A DNA stretch of 64,000 nucleotides. Origin: an uncultured Bacteroides sp. GTDB lineage: Bacteria > Bacteroidota > Bacteroidia > Bacteroidales > Bacteroidaceae. The stretch is from the NCBI GenBank assembly GCA_944319875.1, contig CALUFR010000027.1, forward strand, positions 725 to 64,724, given 5' to 3'. Every line of letters begins with the position of its first letter. The stretch's first letter is position 1. This document shows positions 11,150 through 19,256 of the stretch, one piece after another. The notes beneath the pieces were generated by a model, which saw only the letters and a list, made by a program, of their open reading frames with translations, was not told the origin of the DNA and did no database searches. Made by a program: the position numbers and the translations under genes.

Positions 11150-12115
11150 ATGGATGCAGCAAAATTGAAAGGTCATGCCGCAATGCTGGCGGCCAATAGC
11201 ATGTGGGGGTTGATGGCTCCGCTGGCCAAGTTTGTCATGATAGGGGGAGCGGTCAGCTCACTGGTGATGACCGACTTGCGCGTTTTCGGCGCAATGGTTC
11301 TCTTCTGGGTCTTTTCCTTTTTCCAAAAGCCCGAGCACGTGGGTCACAAGGATCTGATGAAGCTTTTCGTGGCTTCGCTCCTGGCCATCGTGTTCAATCA
11401 GGGAAGTTATATTTTTGGAGTAGGGCTGACTTCGCCTGTGGACGCTTCCATTATTACGACCAGCATGCCGCTCATTGCCATGATACTGGCGGCTATTTTC
11501 CTGAAAGAACCCGTCACGGGGCGGAAGATACTGGGCATCGCCGTAGGCGCTTCGGGCGCGTTGTTGCTCATCTTAGGGAGTTCGCAGGCAGCGGCCAATG
11601 CGTCAGTAAAAGGAGATAATCCTTTGTTGGGCGATGTGTTCGTGCTCCTGGCACAATGTAGTTATGCTTTTTACTTTGTGTTGTTCAAGAATTTCGTGGC
11701 CAAGTATTCGGCCGTGACGGTGATGAAATGGATGTTCACTTATGCCTTCATCTGCCTGTTGCCTTTCTCATACAATGATCTTTTGAGCACCGACTGGCTG
11801 GCTCTCGACGGGGCGCGCATCGCTTCCATTCTTTTTGTAGTGGTGGGTGCCACGTTCCTCAGCTACATCCTGATTGTCGTAGGTCAGAAGAACCTGCGTC
11901 CGACAGTGGCGGGCATGTACAATTACGTCCAGCCGCTGGTCGCCACGATTGTGGCTATCTGTTGGGGTATGGACAGCTTTAACCTGACGAAGATGTTTTC
12001 CGTAGTACTGATTTTCGGTGGTGTCTGGCTGGTGACCTCCAGCCGGAGCCGGGCCGAAATGGAGGCTTATGAAGCGGAGAAGCGGGCGAAAAGCGCAGGC
12101 AAAGAGGCAGAGTAG
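11150..12115 (+). CDS. DMT/EamA family transporter
   Basis: About 10 TM helices in two EamA repeats; start placed at MDAAK, after TAATTTTG (11118-11125). Confidence 0.85.
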   Translation: MDAAKLKGHAAMLAANSMWGLMAPLAKFVMIGGAVSSLVMTDLRVFGAMVLFWVFSFFQKPEHVGHKDLMKLFVASLLAIVFNQGSYIFGVGLTSPVDASIITTSMPLIAMILAAIFLKEPVTGRKILGIAVGASGALLLILGSSQAAANASVKGDNPLLGDVFVLLAQCSYAFYFVLFKNFVAKYSAVTVMKWMFTYAFICLLPFSYNDLLSTDWLALDGARIASILFVVVGATFLSYILIVVGQKNLRPTVAGMYNYVQPLVATIVAICWGMDSFNLTKMFSVVLIFGGVWLVTSSRSRAEMEAYEAEKRAKSAGKEAE

Positions 12116-12126
12116 GAGAGAGGGCG

Positions 12127-13005
12127 ATGAAAGGCGGCAAGGATTTGAGGTGGCACTTGACGGCCATTGTGGTGGTCGGTATTTGGGGCATGACGTTCAT
12201 TTCTACCCGTGTGCTAATAGAGAACGGGCTTACGCCGCAGGAGATTTTCCTGTTGCGCTTCCTCATAGCTTATGCAGGCATCTGGTTTCTCTCACCCCGA
12301 ACCTTATTCTGCCGCACGTGGCGCGACGAGGGATGGATGTTGCTGGCGGGTGTGACGGGCGGTTCGCTCTACTTCCTGACGGAGAATACGGCACTCGGAG
12401 TGACGCTTACCACGAACGTGGCCTTTATCGTGTGTAGCACGCCCCTGCTCACCCTGCTGCTGGCACGGCTCTTCTATCGGAGCGAGCGGGCTACGTGGCG
12501 GCTGCTATGCGGCTCGTTGCTGGCCCTGCTGGGCGTGGGACTCGTCATTTTCAACGGCAATTTCGTGTTGAAGCTTTCACCCTTGGGCGACGTGCTTTCG
12601 TTGACGGCTGCCCTTTGCTGGGCTTTCTACAGCCTGATTATGCAACGGATGGCCGGCCGTTATTCCACGGTCTTCATCACCCGCAAAGTCTTTTTCTACG
12701 GCCTGCTCACTATTCTTCCTGCCTTCGTGGTGCGTCCCTGGCAATTTCCGCCGGAGGCGTTCGCGCGGCCTGTCGTCTGGATGAACCTGTTGTTCCTCGG
12801 CGTGCTGGCTTCGCTGGTATGCTTCGTGGTGTGGAACTTCATCCTGAAGCGGCTTGGCACCGTCCGCGCTTCCAATTACATTTACCTGAACCCCCTCTTT
12901 ACGTCCGTCGGCGCCCTGCTTTTCTTGGGTGAACCGCTGACGCCCGTGGCCTTGCTGGGTGCCGCCTGTGTGTTGTGTGGCGTCTATCTGGTGGGGAAGA
13001 AGTAA
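12127..13005 (+). CDS. DMT/EamA family transporter (second, tandem)
   Basis: IWGMTF N-terminal motif, about 10 TM helices, LGEPLT near the C-terminus. Confidence 0.85.
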   Translation: MKGGKDLRWHLTAIVVVGIWGMTFISTRVLIENGLTPQEIFLLRFLIAYAGIWFLSPRTLFCRTWRDEGWMLLAGVTGGSLYFLTENTALGVTLTTNVAFIVCSTPLLTLLLARLFYRSERATWRLLCGSLLALLGVGLVIFNGNFVLKLSPLGDVLSLTAALCWAFYSLIMQRMAGRYSTVFITRKVFFYGLLTILPAFVVRPWQFPPEAFARPVVWMNLLFLGVLASLVCFVVWNFILKRLGTVRASNYIYLNPLFTSVGALLFLGEPLTPVALLGAACVLCGVYLVGKK

Positions 13006-13105
13006 GTGTCAGTGTGTCTTTGTTTTCCTTCGTTAGGCTTTCTTTTTGTACGGAAATTCTTGTTTTGGCTTACACGTTCCTTTTTCAAGTTGCACTAATT
13101 AGAAG

Positions 13106-13225
13106 GTTTAAGCGGGCGAAAACGACTGTTTAAGCAGGGCAAATCGTATGTAATCCCGCATCAGATTAAATGTAATCCCTCGTCAGATTGTATGTTTTCT
13201 CTCGTCAGATTGTATGTTTTTCGAG
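13106..13225. repeat. Degenerate 22-bp-period tandem repeats
   Basis: gtttaagcg.../gtttaagca... pair followed by tgtaatcccgcatcagattaaa / tgtaatccctcgtcagattgta / tgttttctctcgtcagattgta. Confidence 0.7.
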
Positions 13226-13470
13226 GGAAAAAGCAATGTTTTCCTTGTTTTCGGACGTTGAAACCTCCGTTTTCGGGCTTCCGGCCCCTTGCGGTGGCGG
13301 CATTTTGCCTTGTTTTTCTTCCAGAATTTTTGTAAGGATTTCGCTATCTTGTTGGGAGTGAGAAAGAAGCCCCTTCAGCGCTTCATTCTTTTTCATCGAC
13401 CTTTCCTTCGGGCCGAAATATGCAATTCTCAGGCGGTCGGGATGGCAAAGTGTCAAAATGTAAGGAAGCC

Positions 13471-13866
13471 TCACCGGTTTGTTTCCAGCAGGCCGATGAG
13501 GAATTCGCGCTGGAGGGAATAGTTGCCGCTATGTCCTTGGATGTATTTCAGGAGTTGGGTACCTTCCTGGCGGAGACGTGATTTCAGCAGGGGATTGTCC
13601 TCGTCCACTTCTTCGGCCAGCTTCAGCATGTGGACGGCGGCCAGTTCCAGCTTCTCCATGCCGTCGGGCGTGTCGGCATAGCGGGCGGTCAGCTCGTCGG
13701 CGCCGGTGTGGAGCAGTTCGCGGGTGTCCGTTCCCAATATCTGCCGCGTCAGGTGGTCGTATTCTTCCCATTCCTTCTGGCGGATTTTTTTCTTGTACAG
13801 CAGGGCCTCCACAATCATGGAGACAATTTGCTGTATCATGCGTATCAGGTAATCTTGCTTGATCAT
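13471..13866 (-). CDS. Conserved hypothetical helical protein (DUF6483-like, MIKQDYLIRMIQ start)
   Basis: N-terminal DYLIRMI motif; start placed at 13866. Confidence 0.6.
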   Translation of the reverse strand: MIKQDYLIRMIQQIVSMIVEALLYKKKIRQKEWEEYDHLTRQILGTDTRELLHTGADELTARYADTPDGMEKLELAAVHMLKLAEEVDEDNPLLKSRLRQEGTQLLKYIQGHSGNYSLQREFLIGLLETNR

Positions 13867-14038
13867 GGCAGGTTTTTTTATGTAGTTAGTCGTTGTATGG
13901 GATGCGTTTATCACAATCTTGTGCAGGAAAAATCTGGGTTTCATCGTCAAAAAGTCCCCGTTGGGCTATTTTGTTTCCTTTTTATCAGACTTCGGCTTAC
14001 ATTTGCAATGTCATTTATGAACCAAGAAGAAATAAAAG

Positions 14039-14584
14039 ATGAAGATAAACGTAAAATATCTGTTGCTGTGCGCCGGCATTTCGATGTGTACCTTGCAGGT
14101 ACAGGCGCAGACCTTTCCTGAAGGCGGACCGGAGAAGAAGGAGGGGGCGTATCGTGAAGTGCCCAATCCTGAGAAGATAGCGCGGAAAGAAACGGACAGA
14201 CTGAAGGCCGCTTTGGAATTGACCGACAAACAATATAAGAAAGTTTACAAGTTGTTGTTGAAAGAGCAGCGTGAATTGCTGGAGAACCGCATGCCGCGTC
14301 CGCCCATGATGGGAGGAGAAGGAAGTTGGGGGACACCGCCTCCTCCCGGAGGAGGTATGCCGCCTATGGGTATGGGAGGAGGTCACCCCGAAGGTATGCC
14401 CCGTCCTCCGATGGGAGGAGCTCCGAAGCCCGAAAGTGCGGAGGATATGCAGAAGCGGATAGAAAAAAAGAATAAGAAAATGAAGAAGATACTTACTGAG
14501 TCCCAATATGACAAGTGGCTGGGCATGAGCCAAAAGCCGATGCCCCGTCATGAGCCGAAGGATGCGCCAAGGCAAGAAGAATAG
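14039..14584 (+). CDS. DUF4890-like periplasmic protein with Pro/Gly/Met-rich linker
   Basis: Signal peptide, LELTDKQ and ILTESQYDKW (LTxxQ) motifs. Confidence 0.7.
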   Translation: MKINVKYLLLCAGISMCTLQVQAQTFPEGGPEKKEGAYREVPNPEKIARKETDRLKAALELTDKQYKKVYKLLLKEQRELLENRMPRPPMMGGEGSWGTPPPPGGGMPPMGMGGGHPEGMPRPPMGGAPKPESAEDMQKRIEKKNKKMKKILTESQYDKWLGMSQKPMPRHEPKDAPRQEE

Positions 14585-14627
14585 ATGATGAGTGAGGATT
14601 GAGCCGTTGGCGCAGACATTGTGAGGC

Positions 14628-14678
14628 AGCCGTCGTTTCCTGTACCCTAACCAGGAAATGGCGGCTTTCTTTTTATTT
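14628..14678 (+). terminator. Intrinsic terminator after the DUF4890-like gene
   Basis: gccgtcgtttcctg...caggaaatggcggc stem followed by a T-rich tract. Confidence 0.65.
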
Positions 14679-14721
14679 CGTGTGAATGTTCGTGGGCAGG
14701 CGGGCGGAAAGGAAAGGGCAT

Positions 14722-14784
14722 AAAAAAAGGGCTCCGCTGAGCCCAACCTTTGTTAACCTTAAAATCTAATACTATGAAAAACAC
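14722..14784 (-). ncRNA. Paralogous sRNA copy 1 (~63 nt; possibly FopS-like)
   Basis: Minus strand: TTTG(14816-14819)-N19-TATCTTTG(14789-14796) promoter, body GTGTTTTTCATAGTATTAGATTTTAAGGTTAACAAAGGTT, GGGCTC/GAGCCC hairpin plus U7. Confidence 0.8.
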
Positions 14785-14836
14785 GTTGCAAAGATACGGC
14801 CTTTGGGGAAATCTGCAAATTATTCAAGCAAAAACG

Positions 14837-14852
14837 TGTGTTTTATAACATG
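14837..14852. promoter_or_regulatory. Palindromic transcription-factor site (Cur/BT4338-like) upstream of sRNA copy 1
   Basis: TGTGTTTTATAACATG; same motif at the same distance upstream of copies 2 and 3. Confidence 0.6.
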
Positions 14853-14986
14853 TATTAAATCCTTTACATCTTTATTTAGACAACTACCTTCTTTTCTGAG
14901 GATTTGTTTGCATGTTCGAATCATTTGTTTGCGTATATTTGCCGTATCCTGCATGGCGGGAGAGAATATGCCATGTTTAACGGTTA

Positions 14987-16489
14987 ATGCGAATGTCTAT
15001 GAAGCGTTTGTTTTTCTTTGTCTGTCTGTTTCTGTGTGGTTTCAATGTCTTTTGGGCCGACGGATGCGAAGCCGGCAAGCCGGCCGTAGTGTGTGGCCGC
15101 ATCCTGCATAGGGAAGTCTATCCCAATGAGAAGGAGCTGGAACTGGTGCTGGTTTCTTTTGACCGCAAGCAAGAGACGGTGTATAAGGCTCCGATACGGG
15201 AGGACGGCACCTTCTCGTTCAGCGTGCCGCTTTGCGAAGCAGTGTGCGAGTTTTCTCTTCGCAATTATGCGCCCCGTCTGTATCTGGCTCCAGCTGACAG
15301 TCTTTATTTGCAGATTGATTTCAATGACCTGCTCCATCCGGTGGTGGAAGGGACTTCGGCCGCTTTCAATCAAGGCATGCTGGTCTTTACCGAAGGAGGC
15401 TTCTACAAGCCGGATTATATTTATATGGATGATGTAAACTCGTCCGCAGAAGTTTTCGAGAAGGCCTTGCAGGCGGAGTATGAGTCTCGGAAGCAGAAGC
15501 GGGCGGAGTTTCTGGAGCGTTATCGCCCCACCAGTGACGTGGCCGAGCTGACGGAGCGCATGCTGCTGGCCGATTATTATACCGCACGTTTCCGATATAC
15601 ACAGCAACGGATCGGGAGGCTTTATGGTCAGAAGCAGGTGGATTGGCAGAAGGAAACGGCTGCCTGCGAAGCGTTGCTGCCCGGGGTAGAGGCGTTGCTA
15701 GCCGACAAAATTATCACCTCCGCTCATTTCCGGCTGGTGTCTGATTTGACTCTTTATTTGAGATACAGGCGTGCGGTGACGGGCGACCTCAATTTCAGTG
15801 ATAAGGATTTGGTCGATGAACAGAAAGGAAACAGAGTGGCCCAGTTCCTGCTGGCCGATTTGCTGGGCACTTCGCTGGTGGCCAACGACACGGTGGTCTT
15901 GAATTCCGTCCGTCAGGAATATGAGGCGCTGGTGCAGGTGCCTGTGCTCCGCCATTCTCTAAGCTTGCTTTATCGGCGGACGGCCGATTACTTGCGTCAT
16001 CCCGAAGTCTTTTCCCATTACTTGTTGCATGGCGATGCCGATACTCCCGAAGCGGAGCAGTATATGGCTCCCTTGCGTTCGCTGATAGAAAAGCATCGGG
16101 GCAAGGTGCTCTACATCGACTTCTGGGGTGTATTCTGCCCTCCCTGCCTGGCCGAGATGGAGCCGTTGAAGCAGTTGCGTGCCCGATACAGTACGGACGA
16201 CGTGGCGATGGTCTGCCTCTGCGTCAGCGGGAAACGCACTGATTACGAACGGATATTGCAACGCTTTTCGCTCAAGGGAACAACGTTGGAGTGTCTGTAC
16301 TGGGAAGACTTTGCCGGGCGTGATGTCTTGCGGAAAATATCCAAGCATCTGGGGCAGGACGGCATACCCTTCTTCCTGCTGGTGAATAAAGAGGGAGTGA
16401 TTGTGAATTACGGTTCGGCCATCCGGCCCAGCTGGCCGCAGACGGCTGTCCAGATAGATAAGCTGAGGCAAAATAGATGCCGGCAATGA
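14987..16489 (+). CDS. TlpA-family thioredoxin-like disulfide reductase (exported)
   Basis: Signal peptide; C-terminal GKVLYIDFWGVFCPPC thioredoxin fold; the start may be 14999. Confidence 0.85.
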   Translation: MRMSMKRLFFFVCLFLCGFNVFWADGCEAGKPAVVCGRILHREVYPNEKELELVLVSFDRKQETVYKAPIREDGTFSFSVPLCEAVCEFSLRNYAPRLYLAPADSLYLQIDFNDLLHPVVEGTSAAFNQGMLVFTEGGFYKPDYIYMDDVNSSAEVFEKALQAEYESRKQKRAEFLERYRPTSDVAELTERMLLADYYTARFRYTQQRIGRLYGQKQVDWQKETAACEALLPGVEALLADKIITSAHFRLVSDLTLYLRYRRAVTGDLNFSDKDLVDEQKGNRVAQFLLADLLGTSLVANDTVVLNSVRQEYEALVQVPVLRHSLSLLYRRTADYLRHPEVFSHYLLHGDADTPEAEQYMAPLRSLIEKHRGKVLYIDFWGVFCPPCLAEMEPLKQLRARYSTDDVAMVCLCVSGKRTDYERILQRFSLKGTTLECLYWEDFAGRDVLRKISKHLGQDGIPFFLLVNKEGVIVNYGSAIRPSWPQTAVQIDKLRQNRCRQ

Positions 16490-16506
16490 GGCAGTTTCGG
16501 GCGAAT

Positions 16507-16620
16507 CGTAACGCCACGTGTCCTTAGGTTGCTACGCCACGCTTCGTAACCACCTTAGCCCACGTGCCGTTGCACCCTTAGGCCACGTGCCGTTGGAAAC
16601 CAACACTACGTGCTGTTCTT
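16507..16620. repeat. Five-unit 23-bp tandem repeat element
   Basis: (C/T)ACG cores at 16515, 16538, 16561, 16584, 16607 (exact 23-bp period); related to arrays at 31.5 and 52.7 kb. Confidence 0.85.
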
Positions 16621-16751
16621 GTCCGTCGTGAAAAGGCATTCACACAAATGATTTGAACCTTATATCGGTTTCGCGTTAAATTATTAATTTTGCATCTTTC
16701 TCAATGTTTTCTATTCTTATTGTAGAGGTTTGACTTTTAAAGATTTTGCCA

Positions 16752-17801
16752 ATGAAACATTATGTGTTGTTTTTATATGTATTGTTACTGAGTTTTCTTT
16801 TAGCGGCGTGCACCGGGCGTAAGCAGGATATGCTTTCGTTGTTTGCTTCTATAGATAAAGCTGAAGTTTTCAAGTTGGACATAGAGGCCGACAGTATTCG
16901 CAATCCCTATCTGATGGAATGTGCGGAAGGGAAATTATTTTTTGCCAACATAAATTATTCGTCATTGATTTCTGTATTCGACCTGTCATCGGGCAAACAT
17001 GCCGGAGACTTCTTGACCCGAGGCGAAGGGCCTGAAGAAAACTTGTTTGTTTCAAATTTGGCAGGATGTGGCGGAAAACTCTCTGTATTTGATTCTGACA
17101 AACAAAAGGTGGTTTTCTATCACATTACGGAAGACGGTTTGACCAAGTCTTCGTCTATAAAATTGCAGAATGACACTACTTTCCTTTTTTCCGCGTTTAA
17201 TTGTTTGCCTTTGGATACCGGCCGAATAGCCGCTACCGGCCTTACAAAGGAGCATAGGATTGCTTTGTTGGATGGTCATGGGGTGCCTTATCAGGTCTTT
17301 GGGGATTATCCCGGTGCGCGTGCAAAGGCATCTGATGTGGAAAATGGATTTGCATACCAAGGTTTTATGGCTTATCAACCGGACAAGAAAATCCTGGCTA
17401 TCGGTTCCAGCTTCGGAGAGTCTGTTCTTTTTTATGATTTGGGCAAGGCGGAAACTCCGGCCTTGTTGAAGGAGTACACTTGTGCTGTCCCTCAGTATAG
17501 GAATACATCCGACGAGCAAAGCCAAAGTGTAGCTTTCGGACAAGACAACATTATGGGTTTTCTTTCTCTGAAAGCTTCAGTTCAATATTGCATCGGTCTG
17601 TATAACGGTCACAAGCGTGCCGGTATGGAATATGGTGGAGATAAATTGTTGTTGTTCGATTGGAACGGAAGCCCTGTGAAATGTCTGCAACTGGATCAGA
17701 CGTATGAACAGATGGCCTATGATGAACAAGGCAATCGGGTCATCCTGTTGGGTGTAGACAAGGTGACAGGGGAATATAAAGTAATGGCGGTGCAGATTTA
17801 G
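16752..17801 (+). CDS. BF3164-family / TolB-like 6-bladed beta-propeller lipoprotein
   Basis: Lipobox LAAC, RGEGPEE motif, FDWNGSP C-terminal blade; more AT-rich than its neighbours. Confidence 0.75.
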   Translation: MKHYVLFLYVLLLSFLLAACTGRKQDMLSLFASIDKAEVFKLDIEADSIRNPYLMECAEGKLFFANINYSSLISVFDLSSGKHAGDFLTRGEGPEENLFVSNLAGCGGKLSVFDSDKQKVVFYHITEDGLTKSSSIKLQNDTTFLFSAFNCLPLDTGRIAATGLTKEHRIALLDGHGVPYQVFGDYPGARAKASDVENGFAYQGFMAYQPDKKILAIGSSFGESVLFYDLGKAETPALLKEYTCAVPQYRNTSDEQSQSVAFGQDNIMGFLSLKASVQYCIGLYNGHKRAGMEYGGDKLLLFDWNGSPVKCLQLDQTYEQMAYDEQGNRVILLGVDKVTGEYKVMAVQI

Positions 17802-17826
17802 GTTTTTTCTTCTCGCGTATGGACAT

Positions 17827-17888
17827 AAAAAAAGGGCTCCGCTGAGCCCAACCTTTGTTAACCTTAAAATCTAATACTATGAAAACAC
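17827..17888 (-). ncRNA. Paralogous sRNA copy 2
   Basis: 62 bp identical to copy 1 (17824-17885 vs 14719-14780); promoter TTTG(17920-17923)-N19-TACCTTTG(17893-17900); upstream TGTTTTATAACA. Confidence 0.8.
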
Positions 17889-17983
17889 GTTGCAAAGGTA
17901 CGGACTTTTGGGAAACCTGCAAATTTTGCAAGTGGAAACGCCTGTTTTATAACATGTTTTTAGAGGCTTTATGGTTTTGTTTA

Positions 17984-18838
17984 CTATTTCTTGGATGAAA
18001 AGTAGACGATATTTGGTACGCAGCGCTCGCCTTTGTGGTCAAAACGCTTGTTGTCACTGGGGTGGTTTACCACTTGGCCGGTATGCCACAAGGTGGTGGA
18101 GCCGCCGCCATCCAGGTTCAGTGCGTTCGAGCCTCCCAATAGTCTGATGAGGTAAGTCAGTTGCGGAATGTTCATGCCCTGTGCATGCTGTGGCGCACGA
18201 CCGTCAACTGTCAGTAACCACACTTTGCCTTCGTGGGTGGTGACTATGGCACTTCGTGGGTGTTGTGTCTTGATGAAGTTTTGTTCGCATGCACTCCAGT
18301 CACATACTTGGCCGTCTTTCAGCATCAGCGGACCCGATGCCAATACGGTACCTCTTCGTTTTTTGTAGTCTTTTTCCACTTGTTTGTTCCAGGGAAGTAT
18401 GCTCAGTTTGCCTTTGTACACACGTATGGCACCTGTCACACGCTTGAGTTCGCTGGCAGTGGTGGTGTCTACAACCGTTTTTCCTATCCGCAAGTAGCAG
18501 ACGGAGTTTCCACGCTTCGTGTCGAAGTAGGATCCGTTGATGGCGGCTATGGCATTGTGTACCTTGGCTATATGGCTGGTCTGTGTCATGGTATCGGCTA
18601 CGGCTATACCGGCTTTTACACGAGCCAAACGTGGGTCTATTTCGATGAGGGAAATGTACTGCGGTCCGTCGAACAGCAGGGGGATGGCGGCACACTTCTG
18701 TACGATGCCTTTCCGGGTGGATGTAATCTCCCATTGTGCCGACACAATGGCCAACGAGTCGGCCTCAGTTTGTGCCTTCAAGGGAGCAGTGGCTGCCAGC
18801 AGAAGAAGACAAATGCTGATAAACAGTTTTTGGATCAT
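17984..18838 (-). CDS. Phosphodiester glycosidase (NAGPA-like) family exported protein
   Basis: AAINGSYF, HPRSAI, VDGR, ALNLDGGGST and NHPSD...ER motifs. Confidence 0.88.
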   Translation of the reverse strand: MIQKLFISICLLLLAATAPLKAQTEADSLAIVSAQWEITSTRKGIVQKCAAIPLLFDGPQYISLIEIDPRLARVKAGIAVADTMTQTSHIAKVHNAIAAINGSYFDTKRGNSVCYLRIGKTVVDTTTASELKRVTGAIRVYKGKLSILPWNKQVEKDYKKRRGTVLASGPLMLKDGQVCDWSACEQNFIKTQHPRSAIVTTHEGKVWLLTVDGRAPQHAQGMNIPQLTYLIRLLGGSNALNLDGGGSTTLWHTGQVVNHPSDNKRFDHKGERCVPNIVYFSSKK

Positions 18839-18889
18839 GACGGTTTATATTGTTTAGTTATAGATTGATAGCGTTTGTTTGGTTATGAG

Positions 18890-18960
18890 TATCAAAAGGG
18901 ATTTATGAACCTTAAATCTTACACATTACAAAGGTATTGACTTTGGGGAAATCTGCAAAT
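18890..18960 (-). promoter_or_regulatory. Degenerate fourth sRNA unit serving as promoter/5'UTR of the NAGPA-like gene
   Basis: 18941-18960 identical to copy-1 promoter 14801-14820; TACCTTTG followed by GATTTAAGGTT core; no terminator hairpin. Confidence 0.6.
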
Positions 18961-19008
18961 AATGCGATTGGAAAAGTCCGGCTTTTTGGAGAGGAAACGT
19001 ATGGGCAT

Positions 19009-19073
19009 AAAAAAAGGAGTACCGCTGTACTCCAACCTTTGTTAACCTTAAAATCTAATACTATGAAAAACAC
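19009..19073 (-). ncRNA. Paralogous sRNA copy 3
   Basis: Same body; terminator GGAGTAC/GTACTCC shows compensatory changes with the same loop; promoter TTTG(19105-19108)-N19-TACCTTTG(19078-19085); perfect palindrome TGTTATATAACA at 19128-19139. Confidence 0.82.
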
Positions 19074-19256
19074 GTTGCAAAGGTACGGACTTTTGGGAAA
19101 CTTGCAAATTTTGCAGAGAGAATAATGTGTTATATAACATGTTTTATGAGTAGGTATTATTTTGTTAAGGGTTACTAAGGATTTAAAGTCTGCGGATGGT
19201 AAAAAACAAAAAAAGATTTATCTTTGTTTCTGTTTAAGATTTAAGCCGATTTTCCC

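Noticed and set aside
14290..14430. Repetitive Pro/Gly/Met-coding stretch
   Set aside because: Ordinary low-complexity linker within the DUF4890-like protein
14774..14848. Small + strand ORF MKNTLQRYG... repeated in each sRNA unit (possible peptide or type I toxin)
   Set aside because: Copy 2 has a 1-nt deletion right after the ATG that changes the frame, C-termini are not conserved, and promoter/terminator polarity points to a minus-strand RNA
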